From Vulcanimicrobiales bacterium (GTDB lineage Bacteria > Vulcanimicrobiota > Vulcanimicrobiia > Vulcanimicrobiales > Vulcanimicrobiaceae), in contig JBBRLI010000001.1 of the NCBI GenBank assembly GCA_038231455.1, positions 388,988 through 452,987 of the forward strand: a DNA stretch of 64,000 nt, read 5' to 3'. The notes beneath the pieces were generated by a model. The model ran no database searches. It worked only from the letters and a program-made list of their open reading frames with translations, and was not told where the DNA came from. Positions 57,662 through 64,000 of this stretch are shown one piece after another. The position numbers and the translations under genes are program-made. Every line of letters begins with the position of its first letter. The stretch's first letter is position 1.

Positions 57662-58330
57662 GTGCGCATTCTCCTGATCGAGGATAATCCGGATATCGCC
57701 GCGGCGGTTCGGACGATGCTCGAACGCCGGAAATTCTCTGTCGATGTTGCCACCGACGGTGACCGAGGACTCGACGCACTCTTGGATGCAAGCTACGATG
57801 CCGCCGTCGTCGATCTGGTCCTCCCCGGGCGCGACGGCTTCTCGATCTGCCGCGCCGCGCGAAGCGAGGGTATTCAGACGCCCGTGCTGATCCTCACCGC
57901 ACGCGATGCCGTCGAAGATCGCGTGCGCGGCTTGGATGCGGGCGCCGACGACTACCTTGTCAAACCGTTCGTCGAGGAAGAGCTCGCTGCGCGCCTGCGT
58001 GCGCTCTTACGCCGCGGTCGGATGCCGGTGCATGCGACGATCGTGCGCGGCGATCTCATCGTCGATCAAGGCGGACGCGTTGCAACCTACAAAAGTAAAA
58101 CGATCGAACTTGGCGCGACGGAATTTCGCGTGCTGGAATATTTAGCAATTAACGCGGACCTCGCGCTCACACGCCAGCAAATTCTGGATTCGGTGTGGGG
58201 TGAATCGTTCGATGGCGAAAGTAACATCGTGGATGTCTACATCAGCGCGATTCGGCGCAAACTCGATGCGCTTGGCGCGCACGGTCGCATCACGACCGTA
58301 CGCGGCGTCGGCTATAAATTAACCGGGTAG
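57662..58330 (+). CDS. OmpR-family response regulator
   Basis: ILLIED, DLVLPG, GADDYLVKPF, SNIVDVYI and TVRGVGY motifs. Confidence 0.94.
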   Translation: MRILLIEDNPDIAAAVRTMLERRKFSVDVATDGDRGLDALLDASYDAAVVDLVLPGRDGFSICRAARSEGIQTPVLILTARDAVEDRVRGLDAGADDYLVKPFVEEELAARLRALLRRGRMPVHATIVRGDLIVDQGGRVATYKSKTIELGATEFRVLEYLAINADLALTRQQILDSVWGESFDGESNIVDVYISAIRRKLDALGAHGRITTVRGVGYKLTG

Positions 58331-59229
58331 TCCTTCGCCTCACCGCCTCCTATCTCGGGATTTTTCTTGCGGTGCTCACCGCGCTGAGCGTCGGCGCGTA
58401 CGTGTACCTCGCAAATATCGCGCGCGAAACGGTCGAACCGCTCTTGCAATTGTCGATCGGTCAAGATGTCTTGCGTGCGACGACGAGCCATGTCGCGTTC
58501 ACGATTCTCTTGGCCGACATCCCGCTCGTCCTCGTGGTCGGTGTGGCGGCGTACGTGATGGCGACGGTCTCCGTTCGACCGCTGGCCGCGGCCCGGGAGC
58601 GCGAAGAACGCTTTACGGCTGAAGCCGCCCACGAACTGCGCACGCCGCTTGCGACCATCGCCTCGGTCGCGCAAGCGGCGCAAGGCGGGGCGGACCAAGA
58701 CGTTGCGCTCGCCAAGATCGCTCGCACCGCGATCGAGGCATCGACCCTTGTGGGTGACTTACTCCTATTGATGCGCGAATCGCCCGAAGGCACGCGATTG
58801 CACGAGCCGGTCGATTTGAACGCCATCGCGGGCTTTGCGGCAGCCGATGCGCGTACGCTCCACCCGGAACTCGAAGTGACGCATGCGGTGGGGATGAACG
58901 GCGCCTACGTCATCGGTGATGTGGGAGCACTCCGGCGTCTGGCGATCAATCTTGTTGCGAACGCCGTCGAACATGCGCGCTCGATCGTCGAAATCGAGGT
59001 CAAACGCGAAGGCGAGAACGTGATGCTCGCAGTTTCGGACGATGGCCCGGGTGTGGCGGATGCGGACCGCGAGCGTATCTTCGATCGATTCGTGAAAGCG
59101 AATCCGGCGGCGGGCGGCGCCGGCCTCGGCCTTGCGATTTGTCGCAAGATCGCGTCCACGCACGGGGGAACGATCGTGCTGGAAGATCGGGCGCGCTTCA
59201 TCGCCCGATTTCCAGCGGCACCAATCTAA
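58318..59229 (+). CDS. Sensor histidine kinase (two TM helices, short periplasmic loop)
   Basis: AAHELRTPL, NLVANA, DDGPG, FDRF and GAGLGL motifs. Start uncertain (ATT 58318 or GTG 58372). Confidence 0.88.
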   Translation: MNRVVLRLTASYLGIFLAVLTALSVGAYVYLANIARETVEPLLQLSIGQDVLRATTSHVAFTILLADIPLVLVVGVAAYVMATVSVRPLAAAREREERFTAEAAHELRTPLATIASVAQAAQGGADQDVALAKIARTAIEASTLVGDLLLLMRESPEGTRLHEPVDLNAIAGFAAADARTLHPELEVTHAVGMNGAYVIGDVGALRRLAINLVANAVEHARSIVEIEVKREGENVMLAVSDDGPGVADADRERIFDRFVKANPAAGGAGLGLAICRKIASTHGGTIVLEDRARFIARFPAAPI

Positions 59230-59948
59230 CGCGTCGTTCCATCGAGCGGACGTCTCGCCTCGGCTGCGCGTGAGGTGTCCGGACCAACGCCAAGCGCTGC
59301 CAGTAATGCCGAACGATCGACGGCCGGAATTCCGCCGCGCACTTGCGTTGCAACGATGTGCGAGGGCGATCCGCCAAGCACGACGATGCGGTTCGCAAGT
59401 TCGAGTGCTTCATCGATATCGTGCGTGACGAGAATCGCCGTTGCGCCGCTCACCGCGACGATCCGTGCGAGAGCCGCACGTAGTTCGATGCGTTTGAGCG
59501 CATCGAGTGCCGCGAGGGGTTCGTCGAGCAAGATGATTTCCGGCGCGCGAACGAGGGTGCGCGCAAGTGCCGCGCGCTGTGCCATGCCGCCCGAGAGGGC
59601 TTTGGGAAGCCGGCCCGCAGCCGCTTCGAGTCCCACAAGCGCAATGACCTGATCGACGCGCGCGCGTTCGGCATCGTCACGCGCCGCAAACGCGACGTTT
59701 TGACGCACGGTCAACCACGGAAAGAGCCGCGGCTCTTGGAAGACGTAGCCCACTTCACCGCTGACCGCAACGCTGCCGCCATCCGGCTGCGTGAGACCCG
59801 CGATGCAGCGTAGCAGCGTCGATTTGCCGCATCCGCTCGCACCGAGGATCGCCAGCGTTTCGCCGCGCGCGACGGTGAGATCGAGACCGGCGAATACCGG
59901 CGTGCCGTGATAGGTCTTGCGCAACCCCGCAAGTGTTACCGCGCTCAT
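59226..59948 (-). CDS. ssuB: Sulfonate ABC transporter ATP-binding protein
   Basis: GASGCGKST, VFQEPRLFPW, LSGGMAQR and LLDEP motifs. Confidence 0.85.
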   Translation of the reverse strand: MSAVTLAGLRKTYHGTPVFAGLDLTVARGETLAILGASGCGKSTLLRCIAGLTQPDGGSVAVSGEVGYVFQEPRLFPWLTVRQNVAFAARDDAERARVDQVIALVGLEAAAGRLPKALSGGMAQRAALARTLVRAPEIILLDEPLAALDALKRIELRAALARIVAVSGATAILVTHDIDEALELANRIVVLGGSPSHIVATQVRGGIPAVDRSALLAALGVGPDTSRAAEARRPLDGTTR

Positions 59949-60694
59949 GCCGGCACCGTATCGACCCAGCCGGTCAAGCGGCGTTCGATTGCGCGCATGC
60001 CGAGTTCCGAAAGTTTCCCGCACAGCGCAAAGAGCAGGATCGCGACGAGAATCTCATCGGTGCGCTGGACCTGCTGACCATCGGTGAGTAAGAACCCGAT
60101 GCCGCGGCTTGCCGCGAGCAACTCGGCAGCGACGAGGAAGAGCCATGCTTGTGTAAGGCCGATCCGCGCACCGACGAGCAGTTCGGGGAGCGTTGCGGGA
60201 ACGAGCACGCGTGCGATGAGCGGTAAACCGCGCACACCGAGCACTTGCGCGACTTCGATCAGCTTGCGGTCGATGCCGCGAATCGCGGCGTGCAGGCTAA
60301 CGTAAATCGGAAAAAACGCGCCGATTGCGACGAGCGTAATTTTCGCCGATTCGCCGATGCCAAGCCAGAGTAAAATAAGCGGCACCCACGCGAGACTCGG
60401 GACTGCGCGAATCGCCTGAAGCGTCGGATCGACAGCCCGTTCCACAACGCGCGAACTCCCGACGAGCGCGCCGAGAACCACCGCGAGCGCCAGCGCAATC
60501 GCGAAACCCGCAAAGACGCGCGCGATGCTGGCGCCGAGATCGCGCGCGAGTTCGCCCGGCACCGCAAGATCGACGAGTTCGGCGATCACCGCTTGCGGCG
60601 ATGCGAGCTGATACGGCTTGAGCACGCCGCTCGCGGTGCTGCCGAACCAAGCTGCAAGCAGCGAGAGCGGAAGCAACAACCTAACCACGGGCAA
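59945..60694 (-). CDS. ssuC: Sulfonate ABC transporter permease
   Basis: PSLAWVPL..LWLGIGE and LVAAELL motifs. Confidence 0.85.
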   Translation of the reverse strand: MPVVRLLLPLSLLAAWFGSTASGVLKPYQLASPQAVIAELVDLAVPGELARDLGASIARVFAGFAIALALAVVLGALVGSSRVVERAVDPTLQAIRAVPSLAWVPLILLWLGIGESAKITLVAIGAFFPIYVSLHAAIRGIDRKLIEVAQVLGVRGLPLIARVLVPATLPELLVGARIGLTQAWLFLVAAELLAASRGIGFLLTDGQQVQRTDEILVAILLFALCGKLSELGMRAIERRLTGWVDTVPA

Positions 60695-61664
60695 GGTGTT
60701 TTGCCGGCTGCGCGTCGATCAGCGATCCCAGCGCCCGCTCGAGATCGGTGCCCGGCTGCGTGAGGCGTTCTGCCCGCACGATATCGACCACGCCCGCGAC
60801 GGCATCGCGGAACGCCGCGCCCGGAACCGGATCGGGATACTGCGTGCGATCCCGCACTTCAACCGTTGCAACGCGGAGTTCGAGTTTCGATGCCTCGGCG
60901 AGGATTTTCGCCGTCTCATCGGGATGCGCGATGGCATACGCGCGGGCACGCTGGTACTGATCGAGTACGACGCCGACGAGATCGGGATGTTCGGCGAGAA
61001 AATCTTCGCGCGTGTTCAGTGCGCCGAACGTATTGAAGTTCACGTTGCGGTACAGCAGTTTGGAACCCGCGTCGAGTTCGGATGCCGCCATGTGCGGATC
61101 GAGACCGGCCCACGCATCGACGTTGCCCCGTTCGAGTGCGGCGCGACCATCCGGATGCTGCAGGTCGACGATCTCGACATCGGCTTGATCGAGACCGTTC
61201 GCACGCAGCGAGCGGATCAGGAAGAACCACGGATCGGTCCCACGCGTCGCGGCAATCTTCTTGCCTTGAAGATCTTTAACGGATTTTAGCGGGGAATTCT
61301 TGCCGATCACGATCGCCGTCCATTCCGGACGCGAATACAAGAACACCGTTTTGATCGGCGAGCCATTGGCGCGCGCGAGAAACGCGGCACTGCCGGCAGT
61401 CGAGCCGAATTGAACGGCGTTTGCGCCGAGGAAACTATTGGCTTTATTCGAGCCAAGCGAGAGCACCCAATTTACTTTTGTGCCGCGCCTGCCGAGCGCT
61501 TCCTCAAGCCAGCCTTTTTCTTTGAGAACTAAACTCACGGGGTTGTAATACGCATAATCGACACCAATGGAGTCGACGGCGGCCGCAAACGAGCGACTTG
61601 GGTAGAGGGCGGCCGCAGCGGCGGCGCCGGCTGCGGTCAGGAACGAACGACGATCGAGTGACAA
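60681..61664 (-). CDS. ssuA: Aliphatic sulfonate ABC transporter substrate-binding protein (Tat signal)
   Basis: DRRSFL Tat motif, DYAYYNP, GSNKA, ATRGTDP and WAGLDP. TTG start with AAGGAG RBS. Confidence 0.88.
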   Translation of the reverse strand: MSLDRRSFLTAAGAAAAAALYPSRSFAAAVDSIGVDYAYYNPVSLVLKEKGWLEEALGRRGTKVNWVLSLGSNKANSFLGANAVQFGSTAGSAAFLARANGSPIKTVFLYSRPEWTAIVIGKNSPLKSVKDLQGKKIAATRGTDPWFFLIRSLRANGLDQADVEIVDLQHPDGRAALERGNVDAWAGLDPHMAASELDAGSKLLYRNVNFNTFGALNTREDFLAEHPDLVGVVLDQYQRARAYAIAHPDETAKILAEASKLELRVATVEVRDRTQYPDPVPGAAFRDAVAGVVDIVRAERLTQPGTDLERALGSLIDAQPAKHLARG

Positions 61665-61699
61665 TGTAGTCTCCTTGGTGAGAGAGGAAGACGGGAAAC

Positions 61700-61731
61700 A
61701 AAAAAGCCCCCGCCGAGATCGGCGCGGGCTT
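61700..61731 (-). terminator. Attenuator terminator in the ssuA leader
   Basis: Minus strand agcccgcgccg-atct-cggcgggggc followed by tttttt, 36 nt before the ssuA start. Confidence 0.8.
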
Positions 61732-61771
61732 CACAGTGTGACGGTGGGACCGTCAGGCCAATGTGAATTCG

Positions 61772-61831
61772 CTACCGATCCCCTGTGGGGCGGCACATAA
61801 TACACATCGTGCAGCAAACGGTAACGGACAT
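61772..61831 (-). CDS. Cys/Met-rich leader peptide MSVTVCCTMCIMCRPTGDR
   Basis: 19 aa with 4 Cys and 3 Met. TGcTAGGCT extended -10 lies 7 nt before the ATG. Precedes the terminator and ssuA. Confidence 0.75.
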   Translation of the reverse strand: MSVTVCCTMCIMCRPTGDR

Positions 61832-61864
61832 CGGCCCTAGCCTAGCATCCGGCCGGGGGTCACG

Positions 61865-62257
61865 TCAACTGGCAAAGATCGACTGCACAGAATATTTGGT
61901 TATCTGCGGGTCGACGGTGACGAGCGTTAAGCTCTCGGCGATCCCCTGTGCAATCAGCAACCGATCGAACGGATCGCGATGGAGCATCGGCAACTGCGCA
62001 ACGCCGGCTGCATGAACGAAACTAATATCGAGCGGCGTAATCCGCAGTCGCTTACAGCGAGATTCGGCGAATGCGCCGGGCTCCATCGGTAGGAGGATCT
62101 TCCCGAGCGAATACTTGATCGAGAGTTCCCAAGCCGATGCAGCCGAGAGAAAGACAGCATTGTCCGGATTGCGAATCGTTTGCAATACGTCGGTTTTCAA
62201 ACGTTCCGGCGTTTGCGTTAGCCAGAGAAAAACGTGCGTATCGAGGAGCAGCCTCAA
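61865..62257 (-). CDS. vapC: PIN-domain toxin (VapC family)
   Basis: LLLDTHVFLW, SAASAWE and HRDPFDRLL motifs. Confidence 0.92.
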   Translation of the reverse strand: MRLLLDTHVFLWLTQTPERLKTDVLQTIRNPDNAVFLSAASAWELSIKYSLGKILLPMEPGAFAESRCKRLRITPLDISFVHAAGVAQLPMLHRDPFDRLLIAQGIAESLTLVTVDPQITKYSVQSIFAS

Positions 62258-62490
62258 TCGCGTCCCTCGAAATCCGCGAGCATTTCATCGGAGAGTGGCG
62301 CGTCGAAGTCGTCGGGGACTACAAAGAGACCACGGTCAAAACCGACCTCACGTAACCCCGCCTGCACGATTGGGAGGAGACGAACCACCGGCTTTCCATC
62401 GCGAGCGATCACGACGTCTTCCCCGTTGAGTGCGGACTCGATTAGAAATGAAAGCTTAGCTTTTGCTTCGGCAACGTCTAATTTGACCAC
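62254..62490 (-). CDS. Phd/YefM family antitoxin
   Basis: EAKAKLS.LI....GEDVVIARDGKPVVRL and DDFDAPL. 4-nt overlap with vapC. Confidence 0.9.
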   Translation of the reverse strand: MVKLDVAEAKAKLSFLIESALNGEDVVIARDGKPVVRLLPIVQAGLREVGFDRGLFVVPDDFDAPLSDEMLADFEGRD

Positions 62491-62574
62491 GCTATAGACT
62501 ATTACAGATAGACCAATCTAGTCAATTTGATTGGACCACTTGGGGAGCATTGAGATACGACTCCCGTCTCAAGC

Positions 62575-63714
62575 TTACGATTTTGGCGGCAGGACGCTCA
62601 GTTGGGCGCCTTCGCCAATGTTGCGCTCGACTAACTCATCGAGGACGACGGTCGGCTTCTCGATTTCCAGCGTCTTTGGCGTGAACTCCGAATATTCACC
62701 GACGCGGGGGCGAATAAACACGACGTGGCGGAGACTCGCCGAAAGATACGGCGCCAGTCCACCGGAAAATGAATCGCCGAAAACGACTAAGCGAGTCGCC
62801 CCGCTGGCGGAACTCTCGGTCGCGCTTACCGGAATTTCGGCCAGTTCGCCTTTGTCTCCGATGCTCGCGGATGGAATTTCATGGGAGCTGTTCGGAAAGT
62901 CATACGCAACCCAACGATTTTGCAGGACATCTTCGATGCCAGCCAAGCGATAGAGATCGGCATCCTCGATTTGGATGCTTGCATGGATCGTTGCGGGGTC
63001 AATCGCGTCGACGTGGATCGCGCGGCTCTTCAAAGCATTTGCAATTGCCGTATAACCGATGTACGCCCCAGCCGCATTCCAGTGCGTGTCTCCGAGTGAA
63101 TACATCTCCCCGGTTCCTCGGGCGGCTTTGAGAGCCGGCCGAACATCGATCGTGAAGACGCCGCGTTTGCGCAGGATCGGAAGCAAACGATCGAGCGGAC
63201 TCGGTAGTGCAACGGCAAGACCTGCCGGCAGGAACTCGGGGTAGATCGTGCTTTTATTTGGCGCGAAGACAAGTGCGTATGCGATATTCCTCCGACGGCA
63301 CCAGCGCGCGCGCGATGCATAGACGTCGGCGACGTGGCTCAATTCAGCATTACCAATAGCGCCCGTGATGTACTTGCGTTCGTCGAGAAAGTACCAACCG
63401 CCGCGCCCCTGGATGACCTGGTCCGAATGCAACTCGTTGAAGACGCGAAATTGAAGTCGGTTGTATGCACGAATGATCGCCGTGCGCATTGGGAACTGGT
63501 CGGCGACTTGACGGTCCAGATCGCGCTCCCATCCGCCGGTGACGAGTGCGCCGCTACTAACCATCGGCGCTACGAATGCGTGTCGACGCTCCGTCCGTTC
63601 GATGAATGGGACATCGGCGCCAGCATGCCCCGTTACCGTCAGAATTCCCGGGATTGCGAGCAGCGTCAAGAAAGCTATGAGCGTAACATAATTGGCCACG
63701 TTCTTTGCGCTCAT
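62575..63714 (-). CDS. AlgJ/AlgX-like SGNH polysaccharide O-acetyltransferase
   Basis: G..GWYFL, APNK.TIYPE.LP, DTHWN, GDSF and ELVER motifs. Confidence 0.85.
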   Translation of the reverse strand: MSAKNVANYVTLIAFLTLLAIPGILTVTGHAGADVPFIERTERRHAFVAPMVSSGALVTGGWERDLDRQVADQFPMRTAIIRAYNRLQFRVFNELHSDQVIQGRGGWYFLDERKYITGAIGNAELSHVADVYASRARWCRRRNIAYALVFAPNKSTIYPEFLPAGLAVALPSPLDRLLPILRKRGVFTIDVRPALKAARGTGEMYSLGDTHWNAAGAYIGYTAIANALKSRAIHVDAIDPATIHASIQIEDADLYRLAGIEDVLQNRWVAYDFPNSSHEIPSASIGDKGELAEIPVSATESSASGATRLVVFGDSFSGGLAPYLSASLRHVVFIRPRVGEYSEFTPKTLEIEKPTVVLDELVERNIGEGAQLSVLPPKS

Positions 63715-63717
63715 AAG

Positions 63718-64000
63718 CTAGAACCGAAAATAGATGAACGGCGTATACGATCCACCCACAAGTTTGAAAACGCTCAAAGCGAAAATCACGACGAGCGACG
63801 CGGGGATGAGGAACGAAGAGAGAACGGCGGGGACTACGCCCCTTTCGGGCTGCACGAGCAAACGGATTCGACTCGCCACGAGCGGCGTTGCAAGAACAGA
63901 TCCGATGATAAACATTGCGACCGTTTCGGGTTCAACGGCATTCAACAATGCCGCCTGAGGCACGGGATTCGGATGAATCATCGCGCCGAGATACGCAAAG
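63718..64000 (-). CDS. AlgI-like MBOAT O-acyltransferase, C-terminal fragment (runs off window)
   Basis: C-terminal SYTPFIYFRF motif, directly upstream of the algJ-like gene. Confidence 0.8.
   Translation of the reverse strand, partial: FAYLGAMIHPNPVPQAALLNAVEPETVAMFIIGSVLATPLVASRIRLLVQPERGVVPAVLSSFLIPASLVVIFALSVFKLVGGSYTPFIYFRF

Noticed and set aside
61665-61860. SAM-I riboswitch or T-box upstream of ssuA
   Set aside because: I found no SAM-I core or T-box consensus. The leader-peptide model explains the structure better. An Rfam scan would settle this.
1-64000. CRISPR array, IS element, prophage or rRNA
   Set aside because: No regularly spaced repeats, transposase, integrase, phage genes or rRNA-like sequence recognised.

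Overview
GC-rich bacterial chromosome segment with about 55 CDS and one tRNA-Leu(GAG). A compact RpoD, a copper-amine-oxidase N-terminal 'stalk' protein and outer-membrane beta-barrels suggest a diderm Terrabacteria lineage such as Vulcanimicrobiota/Eremiobacterota (inference only). Recognisable genes include tldD/pmbA, dacB, two M1 aminopeptidases, an RND pump, dppBC, kamB-kamC-kce, mntP, proline dehydrogenase, a cyclophilin, an MCP, a Crp regulator, dnaG-rpoD, ssuACB, a Phd/VapC pair and algI/algJ-like genes. Three things stand out. (1) A locus at 51-59 kb has two Cyc2-like monoheme cytochrome-porin fusions, two type-1 copper lipoproteins, SCO, a short TonB-receptor-like protein and an OmpR-type two-component system, and is a candidate extracellular electron transfer or copper module. 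(2) An unannotated leaderless Cys/Met-rich leader peptide with overlapping antiterminator and terminator sits upstream of ssuA, a candidate sulfur-sensing attenuator. (3) An accessory block at 35-44 kb encodes secreted proteins, including a tandem duplicate, next to an XRE-STAND-TPR regulator. Apparent non-canonical start codons and frequent leaderless genes are also visible. All calls are by eye from motifs; no database searches were run.
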